Below, one piece after another: positions 27,003-39,259 of a stretch of 64,000 nt of DNA. Made by a program: the position numbers and the translations under genes. Position 1 is the first letter of the stretch; every line of letters starts with the position of its first letter. The DNA lies in assembly GCA_951406725.2 (NCBI GenBank), contig OX597820.1:84382001-84446000 (forward strand), in the 5' to 3' direction. The notes below the pieces were generated by a model. It was given only the letters and a program-made list of their open reading frames with translations, did not search any database and was not told the DNA's origin. The DNA is from Octopus vulgaris. Lineage: Eukaryota.

Positions 27003-27276
27003 AAAATTAATTAAGGGTAGAAATTGATATTTATCAATTAAGACCAGTGGTCTAGCATATTAAAAAAGAATCCGAAGATTAAAATATTTATATATACCAA
27101 TTAAGGACTGAACAGGAAAAGTGGACAGTCAACATGCTAGATATAGACGTCAAATCGTCATTCTCCACAAAAGATTATGTTTGAGTTTGATCTGAGAACA
27201 TAATCTTTTGTGGAGAATGACGATTTGACGTCTATATCTAGCATGTTGACTGTCCACTTTTCGTGTTCAGTCCTTA

Positions 27277-27280
<4 letters not shown>
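27000..27280. mobile_element. (TA)n-flanked fold-back element C, 84 bp arms
   Basis: Arms 27098-27181 and 27197-27280, one mismatch. Confidence 0.85.
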
Positions 27281-27323
<43 letters not shown>

Positions 27324-27489
27324 CCTTTCTCACAAGCTATTGGAATCTTAGATATATACCATTCTGCCTAAAAAATGGATCTACAAATTCAACATCCCTA
27401 CATATCTCACATCTATTTTCTTTCCTCCACCTCATTCTCTATTTTGTATCCTATTTAAATTAATTATTACTTAACCATCCTCTCACACC

Positions 27490-27541
27490 GTCCCGTATGA
27501 CGGGATATAATTAATAAATATCCTGAAAACAGCTATAAGAC
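27490..27541 (+). ncRNA. Degenerate hammerhead, CAGCTG-loop family
   Basis: GTC CCGTATGA CGGGATAT..ATATCCTG AAAA CAGCTA TA AGAC. Homologous to 39368 and 54789. Confidence 0.55.
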
Positions 27542-27837
27542 CTATCTATAAATGTTCTAATATCTACACACTCAATCTCATTACGCAATAAATGTATATA
27601 TATATATATGTATGTATATTTTGATATTGATATATACACTTTTTAACTTCTAATTTTACATTTAGTGATCTGTATATACCTGTGATTTTGTTCATGGTTG
27701 GTTACAGACCATGCAACAACGTGTTTGTTTTACCTAATGTAGAAATTCATGTACGTGTTTCTGTAACTGATGTATGGTTTAAGTTTAAGTATTTCTCTCT
27801 ACTAATACCTAAGCGGAGACTAACTACAATTGGTAAC

Positions 27838-28046
27838 CTATTTCTTTATTATCCACAAGGGGCTAAACACAGAGGGGACAAACAAGGGCAGACAAAGAGA
27901 TTAAGTCGATTATAACGACCCCAGTGCACAACTGGTACTTATTTAATCGACCCCGAAAGGATGAAAGGCAAAGTCGACCTCGGCAGAATTTGAACTCAGA
28001 ACGTAGCATTTTGCCCGTCGTGCTAACGTTTCTGCCAGCTCGCCGA
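27838..28046 (-). mobile_element. Family 1 SINE
   Basis: Near-identical to 19193-19423 with an internal deletion. Confidence 0.88.
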
Positions 28047-28297
28047 CATGATTATTTATGATATCGTTTACATACACGCTATTTACTGTACTTCTAATAA
28101 TGCATTCTTCTGCCAGGTCATGATGAGCCATATTATTATCCTCTATGCGTAGGCGTTTTACATTTTTCCTCAACCTCAATCCTTAATTGTTTTCAAAGCG
28201 ATTTAACTTGATTGATTGATTGATTGATTCTAGTTTCAGCTTATGAGCTGTGGCCATGCTGGGGCACCGCCATTTGGTGTTGCTACTTGGTTTCACT

Positions 28298-31270
28298 TCA
28301 TGAAGGCTTTCTAGCAACTGCCATTTGGTGCATGAGAGAGTTCGATGCAGCTGCCCTCATCTGCCCCTCCTGCCGTGAAGTTGGTTCATCTGGGACACCT
28401 GACAGGAAGAGATCCAGCTTCATTTTAAAGACATCTGCATCCACCCCATGCAGGTCTCTCAGGGTCTTCGGGAGGATATTGAAGAGCTGTGGGCCTCGGA
28501 AGCCCAGGCTATCACAGAATCTTGTCCTACATCTTGATGGCAAGTTTGGAGTCCTAGGCACCACGCAGTGGCGCCCAGTTCTGGCATTTGCGTAACTCTC
28601 GATGCCAAAGTTCAGGACACTTCCCTCCAGGATCTTCCAGATGTATATTATGGCATATCTTTCCCGCCTACGCTCCAGGGAATATAGTTTTAATCTCTTG
28701 AGTCTTTCCCAGTAGCTTACATTCTGCATAGAGGCTATCTTCTTCGTGTAGCTACGTTGGATCGCCTCGAGCTCTATGATCAACTTGACACTGGATGGTG
28801 ACCATAACTGAGAGCAGTAGTCAAAGTGCCTTAGGACAAGTGTCCTCCAGAGGACCATCATAGTTTCTTGTTCTCTTGTTCTAAAGGTTCTGAGGATCCA
28901 TCCGGCCAGTCGTCTACATTTCATTGCCAATTTAGCAACATGTACACGAAAGGTCGCGTCATCACTCATGTAAATACCTAGGTCACGCACTGATTGTGCC
29001 TCTGGGATTGCTATTCCTCCGGGTCCAGTGTATTGATTGGGTATTGCATTTAGTTTTGCATGCTGATAGTATAGAGCTTGAAACTTTTCAGCATTGAACT
29101 GCATGCTATTCTTTTCGGCCCACTTGTATATTTTGTCTAGCTCACATTGCAGGTGTTTAGTGTCCTCACTGTTCTGTATTGCCTGTGAAACTTTTGTATC
29201 ATCTGCATAACTTGTGATCATGGCTCTCTGCGTGGCTGAGGGCATGTCTGAGAGGGCCATTATGAACAGTAGTGGTCCCAGAACAGTGCCCTGCGGAACA
29301 CCGCTCAGTATTTGCGTGTTAATGGAAGTGGCCCCATTGGCCACTACCACCTGACTTCTATCTTTCAGAAAGTCATGAAGCCATTCTCCCAGTTTTCCAA
29401 CTATGTTGAGATCACGCAGTTTGTGACATATCATTCCATGATCGACTTTATCAAATGCCTTTGCAAAGTCGAGGTATATCACTTCCACATTTGAGTGGTT
29501 GAGCAGCCGTTTCAGCACCCAGTCATAGTGTTGTAGGAGCTGAGTTAAACAGCTTCTCCCTGGTCGGAAACCATGTTGGGTCGGGCAGCAAGTCATTCTC
29601 TTCAAGGAAGGTGATCAGCTTCCTTCTGACTATTCGTTCCATGACCTTGCTGATGTGTGAGGTCAGAGAGATAGGTCTATAGTTCTTGGCTTCCGCTCTG
29701 CTACCTCCTTTATGAATGGGGCATATTTTACCTTCCTTCAGTTTTCTTGGAAGTTTGCCAGCTGCAAGGAAGCTCTGAAAGAGGAACTGCAGTGGTCTTG
29801 CTAGGACTCTCTTACATGCTTTTAGGAGGATTGCCGGGAATCCATCGGGGCCAGTAGCTGAGTCTGTTTTCATTTCATCTATAGCCTTGATTACATCGTC
29901 TTCCTTTATATCGATGTAATCTATCGTCGCCGCCTCTGATTTTATATCTGCAGTGGTAAAAAAGTCAGTTGGATTGGTGATTTGGAGATGCCCAAGGGGT
30001 GGAGTGAAAACACTCTTGAATTGCTCATTCAGTATTTCACTTACCCTCATTGGTTTTCCTGTGAGTGTGCCATCCTTTTCGAGGAGTGGCCCTATTCTAC
30101 AGTGCACCGTAGCTGTTTCTTTGGCATACCTGTAGAAAGCTCTGGGGTTAGATTTTATGTTGTCTATAGCCCAGGCTTCTTTGTCTGCTCTTTCCTTTTC
30201 ATGGGAGAGTTGCAGACATTTTTCGATTTCCAACAGTTTTATTTTTAGGCGGGACTTTTCACTGCTTTCAATCAGTTTGTTTAGGCGATTTGAAAATTTT
30301 GTACGCCGTCTCATTAAAATTTTCCTCTCTCTGGGGATTTTGTTCTTGTGTACAGTGGCCTTTCTCTCTGGGACACATTTGTAGCATATGGCTTGCATTA
30401 CAGACATGAATTGTTGAAGTTTCACGTCGATGTCTGGCGAGGAGAGACATTTAGGCCAGTTTTGTTTGAGGATCTCTTTCTCAATTTGTTTCCAGTTTGC
30501 CTTATGGTAGTTCAAGCTGGAAAGATTCTGGGGGTTCCTTGTAGGCTGCATGTCCGTGCTCTCTTTTGGCCCGTACATGGTCAGCTCTATCATGTTGTGA
30601 TCCGAGAGTAGTGTCGGTGTCACTTTCACATTATGGATGAGATCCATGTCATTTGTGAAGCAGAGATCCAGTGTGTTACCTGCCCTGGTTGGTTGGAGTA
30701 TTACCTGCTCCATGTACAGGGTGTTGATGAGGTTCAGGAGGGACCTCGCCTGTCCTCGTTCACATCTTGTCATTCCTGGGAGAGAAAGGCCCTCGGGCCA
30801 TCTGACATTGGGCAGATTGAAGTCTCCCATAAGAAGTACACATATGTGTTGTTCTAATGTGGTTAGAACTTCTTCTATTTTTATAAGGCAGTTTTCAAAC
30901 TTGCCCACATGGCTTGGGGCATCTGGAGGGTGATATGTAGCACACACAACTACATCAAGTTGCCTAATATGTACAATTAGTGTGTCACACACCGAGTTTG
31001 AGTATGACAAGAGGACCTGGGGTGTGAGGTCCTCACGGATGTACATAGCAACACCTCCATGACTCCTTTCTTTCCTGTCGGTCCGTAGTACAGCATACTG
31101 TGGTATGTGTAACTCCGCATCTGCTATATCCGGTTTCAGGTGCGTTTCCGTTAGTGCTATGCATAAGGCTTGATTGCATGCAACAAAATCTCTCAGGAAC
31201 GGGATTTTTGTCCTGTTACTGAGTGTTTGCAGTCCTCTGATGTTCAGTAGGAGCATCGAGGTGAGGTGTA
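28298..31270 (-). pseudogene. LINE ORF2: AP endonuclease + reverse transcriptase, one frameshift near 29580
   Basis: LLNIRGL, LTETHL, MGDFN and SDH (APE). NYRPISL, QHGFR, YLDFAKAFD, GVPQG and YADD (RT). Split over ORFs 29523-31400 and 28298-29605. Confidence 0.93.
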
Positions 31271-32046
31271 CGTTGTTGCCGGTGGTGTCCATCCTGGGTC
31301 TGTTTGCTGTGGTGGTCTGGTATATAGTGGGTAGTCCCACCTGCGGGCTTGGGTTTGATGAAGCCAGGTCAGCTGCTGTACAATCTTTTGTGCCATGCAC
31401 AAAAAAGATTGTTGCTCAGCAGCTGCCCTTTCGACAACATCATGTTGGTGGTTTGTGGCACGCACATCATCTGCGTACCTCCGCTTTGGGGCAAGTGGTG
31501 CGTGGTCCATCGCTTTTCCTTCTGTTGATGGTTTGTCCATCTGCCTCGTGTCTCTGTGGCAGGGTCCCCGATGTGCAAATCGGCAGCCTGCACCTTCCTT
31601 TTCATGCCAGCAGGAACCTCTCAGGTAGAACCTACACACCCGTGTGCGCTGTTTGTTTCCATCTTTTGCGGTTCCACTTCTATTCCTGGTTTTTTCACCC
31701 TTTGGTCCTGCTTGAGCTTTTCCTTTAGCTCTTCCAGCCCTTCTTTTAGTTCTTCCTCCTCCTCTACCTCTTCACCGGGTTCTCCGTCTCCATGGCCTTT
31801 GCTGCCGGTTGGAGAACTTGCACCTGGGTTCACTTCCCGGGCAGGTTTCTCATTCAAAACCTCCTCCCGGGCGTCCACCAGGTGGGGGTGACTTCTTTCA
31901 TCGTCTCCATTCTTGCCATCTTTGCCCCGCTCGTTCTCAAAGATGGCATCAAGTGCGCCATGTGCGACCGTATACGCGCATATGAGCGCACGAATTCCCG
32001 TCTCTTTCGCTCCATCTGAGCCGCTGTCCTTTTGTAGCCTTTGCAC
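31244..32046 (-). pseudogene. LINE ORF1 with coiled-coil-like acidic region and CCCH zinc finger (frameshift near 31640)
   Basis: ORFs 31621-32046 and 31244-31639. CRFYLRGSCWHEKEGAGCRFAH is C-x7-C-x8-C-x3-H. Confidence 0.7.
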
Positions 32047-32241
32047 TTCAGCAACTTAATTTTAATTCTTTTATTTGTAGTCGGATGTTCATCAAATTTA
32101 TCAATATGTTGCCGGAATTTTAGTTAGAAAAAGACACGATGGATTAGATGTTAGGTGACAATTATGCAATGCTAGATGGTCGTAAATGGCATATAACAGA
32201 CACACATACATAGTCACATAAATGTATATATGTATGTATGC

Positions 32242-32287
<46 letters not shown>

Positions 32288-32362
32288 AATGCGACCGCGT
32301 ATGTAACGTTGGCGATTTTTTTTTCCTCCGTCTTCCCTTCTTTGGGTTTTTCCTTTTCCTAT

Positions 32363-32397
32363 GTTTCTGACGAAAAGCTCCGCTCAAAACGTTAAGC
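32363..32397 (+). ncRNA. Degenerate minimal hammerhead in a (TA)n-flanked ~215 bp PLE-type segment (32283-32499)
   Basis: GTTT CTGACGA AAAGC-TCC-GCTC AAAA CG TT AAGC. G12 appears mutated. Confidence 0.55.
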
Positions 32398-33072
32398 CCC
32401 CTTTCTTTCCTTCTTTCCTGAGCGTCCAATAATACTATGCTTGTTCCAAGTCATCGTGTTGTTGTGTTTTCTCTTTGTGTTTTCATGTTTGGATTAACTA
32501 TATATATATCATCATCATCATCATCATCGTTTAACGTCCGCTTTCCATGCTAGCATGGGTTGGACCGTTCAACTGGGGTCTGGCAAGCCCGAAGGCTGCA
32601 CCAGGCCAGTCAGATCTGGCAGTGTTTCTACAGCTGGATGCCCTTCCTAACGCCAACCACTCCGAGAGTGTAGTGGGTGATTTTATGTGCCACCGACACA
32701 GGTGCCAGACGAGGCTGGCAGACGGCCACGCTCGGATGGTGTTTTTTATGTGCCACCGACACAGGTGCCAGACGGGGCTGGCGGACGGCCACGCTCGGAT
32801 GGTGTTTGTTACGTGCCCTCAGTACGGAGGCCAGTCGTTGCGGTACTGGCTATGATCACGTTCGGATGGTTTTCTTATGTGCCACCGGCACTGGTACCAC
32901 AAGGATACAAATTCCATTGATGTTCATCTATTTTGATTTGGTTTGATTTGATTTGATTTGATTCGATTCGATTCTCACTTGCCTCAACAGGTCTTCACAA
33001 GTGTCACAAGAAGGAAGGTATGCACAGGTGGACTGACTACGTCCCAGGTAGGGGCCACGGATTATGGCTTCA

Positions 33073-36000
33073 CTAGTCTTGCCGGGTCTTCTCACGCACA
33101 GCATACTTCCATAGGTCTCGGTCTCTAGTCATTTCCATGGTGAGACCTAACGTCCGAAGGTCGTGCTTCACCACTTCGTCCCAGGTTTTCCTGGGTCTAC
33201 CTCTTCCACGGGTTCCCTCAACTGCTAGGGATTGGCACTTTCTCACACACCTATCTTCATCCATTCTCGCCACATGACCATACCAGCGCAATCGTCTCTC
33301 TTGCACACAACAACTGATGCTTCTTAGGTACAACATTTCTCTCAAGGTACTAACGCTCTGTCGAGTAAGTACACTGACATTACACATCCATCGGAGCATA
33401 CTGGCTTCGTTCCTCACGAGCTTACGCATGTCCTCAGCAGTCACGGCCCATGTTTCACTGCCATGTAGCATAGCTGTTCGTACACATGCATCATACAGTC
33501 TGCCTTTTACTCTGAGCGAGAGGCCTTTAGTCACCAGCAGAGGTAAGAACTCCCTAAACTTTGCCCAGGCTATTCTTATTGTAGCAGTTACACTTTCAGC
33601 GCACCCGCCCCCACTACTGTCTTGGTCACCTAGATAGCGGAAGCTATCAACTACTTCTAGTTTTTTCCCCCCGGAAAGTGACGGAAGTTGTTTTCTGCAG
33701 ATTTTCGGAGGTCAATGCTCCAGAGCATCTGCCACATACAAAAACTATCTTCCCAGTTAGCCTACCTTTGACATTGCTGCACCTCTTATGTGTCCATAGC
33801 TTACACTGGGTACATCTTATAGAGTTTCTACCTACACCTTTTCTACAGATCGAGCAGGGCCATCTTCCTGAGGATATTTGTGGATTTTCTAACTTTCTAC
33901 TTATTAGTACTTTGGTTTTAGCTAGGTTGACTCTAAGGCCCCTCGATTCTAAACCCTCCTTCCACACCTGGAACTTCTCCTCCAGTTCTGATAGTGACTC
34001 AGCGATTAGAGCGAGGTCGTCAGCATAGAGGAGCTCCCAGGGGCAACCTGTCTTGAATTCCTCCACAATTGCCTGGAGGACTATGATAAATAGGAGGGGG
34101 CTGAGTACTGAACCCTGGTGGACCCCAACCTCTACCTTGAATTCTTCTGTGTACATGCTGCCAACTCTAACCTTACTTACGGCATCTCTGTACATGGCTT
34201 GCACAGCCCTCACCAGCCATTCATCTATCCCTAGTTTCCTCATTGACCACCAGATGAGGGATCGGGGGACCCTATCAAAGGCTTTCTCCATGTCAACGAA
34301 AGCCAGGTACAGGGGCTTATCTTTGGCTAGGTATTTCTCATGCAGCTGCCTTACCAGGAATATAGCATCAGTGGTGCTTTTCCCTGGAACAAACCCAAAC
34401 TGCATCTCATCTAAACTAACTCTCTCTCTAATTAGTTGGGCTATGACCCTCTCCGTAACCTTCATTACCTGATCCAACAGCTTGATACCTCTGTAATTAT
34501 TTGTATCCAGGGCATCACCTTTACCTTTGGAGCAGTTGACTAGTATGCTGCTACACCAGTCATTGGGTATGACTCCTTCGTGTATCACCTGGTTGACTAT
34601 ACGGGTGACTAGGTTATAGCCGACACTGCCAGATATTTTGAGCATCTCTGCAGTAATTCCTGATGGGCCTGGGGCTTTCCCTGTCTTCATGCTTCTAATT
34701 GCCTTAGCTACCACGGAACTATCAATTCGGATAGCTGGTCCCTCTGTTGGGTCAACATTCGGCAGACTCTCTTTATCCCATTCATTTTCTTTATTCAGCA
34801 ACCTTTCATAGTGGCATCTCCAAACCTCTCTCTTTGCATCCTCATTTAGCGCAAGTGAACCATCATCCATGCGAACACACTTCTCTCCTACCACATCACG
34901 ATTCTCTCTCACACACTGTCTTGCAACACGAAATACCTCAAGTCTTTCATCCTCACGGCTCAGAACATTGGCACATTTTTTCTTATCCGCTTCCCCTCTG
35001 GCTAAATAAACCTGTCTCCTAGCTTCCCTTTTGGCTGTCTGATACAATTCCCTGCTACCACCGTTCTTCCAGTCCTTCCAAGCCTGTCTCTTTTGTCTAA
35101 TAGCCCTGTCAACCACAGTGTTCCACCACCATGTTACTCTAGGTCGAGATGGTACTTTGCTCCATCCACAGATCTGGTCAGTGGCTGTCAGTAGATTGTC
35201 CCGTAGGAATCTCCAGTTGTCTTCCACATTAAGTGAAGCTATATCCCCTTCTATTTCGTCAGAGGCTTCGAGTAGTATGTCTCTAAATCTCTGTCCATTT
35301 GCAGGATCTTTAAGCTTCCAGACCCTTCTCCTCCAAGCTGGTCTTCTTCTGGGCAACCATTTAGCTCTGATCCTGAAGTCGCTAACTACTAATCTATGTT
35401 GGGGAGTACATTCTTCGCCTGGGAAGGTTTTGGCATTTATAATCAGCCCTCTTTCCCTTTTTCTGGCAAGGATGTAGTCAATCTGGCTGGTGTGTCTGCC
35501 AGAAAGGTAGGTGACTAGGTGAGAGGTGGGTTTCCTGAAGTGGGTATTGCAGACCATAAGGTCATTTGCATCGCAGAACTCCAGCAGCCTGGTTCCTTCC
35601 TCATTTCGAGAGCCAAAACCGTAGCCTCCATGGACGCCATGGAAGCCCCCGACATGTCGTCCAACATGTTCATTGAAATCACCTGCCACGAAGAGAAGGT
35701 CACTGTCATTTGTCAATGAGGTAGTCCGCAATAGGGTGTCATAGAATTGGTCTTTTTGTCCTTCCGGTAGCCCTGGTTGAGGGGCATATGCCGAGATGAT
35801 GGTAGCTGTCCTATGGTGAAGAACTAATCTAATTTTAATTACTCTGTCACTTACTCTGACTACCTCGATTACCTTACCTACCCATTTCTCCGCAAGAAGT
35901 ATACCCACGCCCCCGACTCCGTCAGTGTTCCCTGCCCAGAAAATCTTGTACCTGTGTTCCTTGCCTGTGAGGAGCCTAGCAGAACCTCCTCTCCACCTTA

Positions 36001-36160
36001 CTTCCTGGATACAGCATACATCCACACGTCTCCGTTCAAGCAGCTCTACAATCTCTCCAGACCTACCTTTCAATGTGCCAACATTGAGCGTGCCAACTCT
36101 GAGGGTTTGGGAGGTGTGGGCATCAGAGACCCTGGGACGAGGGACAGCCGTGTCATGTAC
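33073..36160 (-). pseudogene. RTE ORF: APE + RT + PHD-like zinc finger, one frameshift near 33665
   Basis: GTLNVGTL, CIQEVRW, AGDFN, IDYIL, NYRGIKL, DMEKAFD, GVHQG and LLYADD. The C-terminus is in ORF 33073-33534 (RRLRWYGHV, RGRGRPRKTW). Confidence 0.93.
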
Positions 36161-36348
36161 CTGAAAAGAAAGCTTGCATTTGGCAGATTTCATATGGAAA
36201 CTCTCGACTACAACCTGCATACTTTTCACAATTTTTTGCGCTATATGTTCAGATAAACCCTTCATAGGTGCTAGTGGGGGGGGGGCAGTTTCCGGTATTT
36301 TGGGTAGAAACTTCCGGTATTGGTGGTGGGGGTGGGAGGGTGGGCGAC

Positions 36349-37223
36349 AAAATCGAAGCAACTAGTTTGAATACTATATTTGAGGGGGAGAAATAATTAA
36401 TTAGATAAAAACTGAATGAAAGCCAGAGAGATAATGAGTGAAAATAGATAAATAATAAAAAAATACGGTAGAGAAAGAAAATAGATAAATAATGAAAAAA
36501 ATACGGTAGGAAACGAGGGGGCATATTTTCGGAGGAGAATGGGATAAACATCGAAGATGGCTCTGAAGGAAAATAAACTTTAAAAATGCAATGCATGTAG
36601 TCGCCATGTTTAGAGAAGAGAAACGAAGGGAGAACAGATCAAGCTATCCAAACAAAACGCTTAAAAATATGAAAAGAGCAGGATGAGATTGACTTAACTG
36701 GCCATTTTTGGAAGTCTGTGTTTTCTCTGAAGGTGTAGCGAGTGAATGGGGATGGGATACGATCGCTCGCTGGCTTTTATAAGGGAATTAGGGAGGGGGA
36801 CGGAAACACGAGAGAGAGAGAGAGAGAGAAAATCGAAACAACTAGTTTGAATACTATATTTGAGGGGGAGAAATAATTAATTAGATAAAAACTGAATGAA
36901 AGCCAGAGAGAGAATGAGTGAAAATAGATAAATAATAAAAAATACGGTAGAGAAAGAAAATAGATAAATAATGAAAAAAAAAAAAATACGGTAGAAAAAC
37001 GAGGGGGCATATTTTCGGAGGAGAATGGGATAAACATCGAAGATGGCTCTGAAGGAAAATAAACTTTAAAAATGCAATGCATGTAGTCGCCATGTTTAGA
37101 GAAGAGAAACGAAGGGAGAACAGATCAAGCTATCCAAACAAAACGCTTAAAAATATGAAAAGAGCAGGATGAGATTGACTTAACTGGCCATTTTTGGAAG
37201 TCTGTGTTTTCTCTGAAGGTGTA
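36349..37223. repeat. ~390 bp direct repeat, 2 copies (36349-36737, 36829-37223)
   Basis: Near-identical copies, period ~480-486 bp. Confidence 0.92.
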
Positions 37224-37239
37224 AGAAAATAGTAAAAAG

Positions 37240-37726
37240 TGAATAAACTACAGAAGGCTTGTTTTAAAAGGTTAAAAAATATATTTGAGTCATTATGTCA
37301 GAAGAATGTTATAAAATTTTTTCACCCAGTGACATAGTTTTTGAAGAAATTACCGGTTTCGTGTTAACTTTTAAAATTTCTCAAAACATCGTGTTATGCC
37401 TTCGTTATGGAGTGTAAAGAGGAGTTACAGGTAAGGGGAGGTAATAAGTGATTTCTTCCAGTGTAAGGGAGATAATCTCTTTATATTTCTTGTCCCATTT
37501 ATTTAATAGGGTGAGTTTCTCTGTATAAGAATGTTAGAGTAGTTAAGTTTGGGCTTATATTTTTCAATGAAGAATGTTTCCTTGTTTAGTCTAATTTGTG
37601 TTGGTGTTTCAATAGCACATTGATAAAATGGAAAGATTAAAAATTGTGGTAGTAGTTGCTTTGCGCATTTCTCAATATGTTCACTAAAGGGTATCATTCT
37701 GTATTCTGGGAATACAGAATGATACA

Positions 37727-37730
<4 letters not shown>
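37240..37730 (-). mobile_element. Penelope-like 3' fragment with terminal hairpin
   Basis: PFSEHIEKC..FLIFPFYQC..RLNKETFFIEKYKPKLN (GIY-YIG end). Hairpin GTATCATTCTGTATTC-TGG-GAATACAGAATGATAC (37691-37725) lies next to (TA)n. Confidence 0.8.
37344..37382 (-). ncRNA. Minimal hammerhead-like motif, U3-A8 variant (G5 mutated)
   Basis: Minus strand GAGAAAT TTTAAAA GT-TAAC-AC GAAA CCGG TA ATTTCTT. Stem I 7 bp, same GAAACCGGTA as the 1707 motif. Confidence 0.55.
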
Positions 37731-37793
<63 letters not shown>

Positions 37794-38444
37794 TACGTAT
37801 TCATAAACTTCTATGTATGTATACGGAGAGATAGTGCTAGATAATCATATATATTTGCAAAATATATACTTTACACTATTACAGATACACCTATAAATAT
37901 ACATACGTATATGTGTGTGTTTGTTTGCATATGTGTGTGAATGTATGTATGCAGGTATATATCATTGGTATTATATATATGAATATATATGTTAACGCTC
38001 GTAAAATATATCAGTGAGAAGACGGCGTGTAAGGAAGCGGTCTATTTTGCAAGTCACCATTCGAATCAGACAAGACTGAAATCGAATACACTATATTTTT
38101 GAAGATTGTCAGTTATGGATTTCCCTTTTCCTGTTATAATTCACTGTCACTTACTAAACATGCTGCATTTCATTACAGAATAATCTATCTTTGCTTAAAT
38201 CACTGTATTTAGAATGCAGGTGTTTATCTATTCTATTTTGTATTCAGCTATCTCACAAGAGAGAAATTAAAAGTAAACATTGAGGTAAATCGATTTAGAA
38301 TCAAAGAAAATAAAAAAATAACTAAAGAATTTATTTATCAGTCCCTCGTGACATACACATATATTTTAACCAGTGTACCACTCCCACATCTCTCATTCTC
38401 ACTCTCTTACTCTTTCTCTTTGTTTCTCTCTCTCTCTCCCTGTT

Positions 38445-38482
<38 letters not shown>

Positions 38483-38809
38483 ATTACGTCTCTCAGTCGT
38501 TCTTTCACGGCATTCCTCTCTATTTCCTTTCCCACAGTATTCTAATCTTTCATTCCTTCCCAATCACAGGCAGACAAATACCTATACAGAATTCTATGAC
38601 AAGTAGTCAACGATTAACCAGAAAACGTGAACAGCTGAAAACTGTAAGAAATCTAATTAAATGTTTATGCATATACTTGTATACACACATGCATACATAT
38701 AAAATTTGTATATACATATAAATATATATATATATATCCTCATATATATATATATATATATATGCTTGTATGCGCAGGGAGAGTGGGAGGCAAGATTAGA
38801 TTCAGAAAC

Positions 38810-38867
<58 letters not shown>

Positions 38868-38870
<3 letters not shown>

Positions 38871-39259
38871 ATATATAGGGAGATGTACTCGCATAGCAAG
38901 TGATTTGATCTCAGATCGTGTGCTGAAACGAAAACAATTGCAGCGTGGAAGGTGTTTGTAAGCCATTTAAGAAACACACAAGAACCGTTCGATTCACTTC
39001 AACATTTAAGTTTAATTTGTCAAAATATTTTCGTCGCTAAAATCCGCGACCTGTTCACTGACAGAAATCCGTGCTGCATCTAAGAAAGTAACAGTTAGTT
39101 CGTCATATATATGTACGTATGTATGTGTGATACACACATACACACGTACATATATATGACGAACTAACTGTTACTTTCTTGACAAATTAAACTTAAATGT
39201 TGAAGTTAATCGAACGGCTCTTGTGTGTTTCTTAAATGGCTTACAAACACCTCCCACAC

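Larger units (their letters stand above)
28208..32100 (-). mobile_element. Near full-length CR1-group LINE
   Basis: ORF1 plus APE-RT ORF2 and a (TCAA)n 3' tail at ~28208-28228. The 5' boundary is approximate. Confidence 0.92.
32509..37223 (-). mobile_element. Near full-length RTE/BovB-type LINE
   Basis: Single APE-RT ORF, (GAT)n tail at 32509-32528, ~62 bp tandem units in the 3' UTR (32682-32900) and a duplicated 5' region. The 5' limit is uncertain. Confidence 0.9.

Noticed and set aside
28224-36365. Plus-strand ORFs overlapping the two LINEs
   Set aside because: Antisense or shadow frames of the RT ORFs, with no independent domain evidence.
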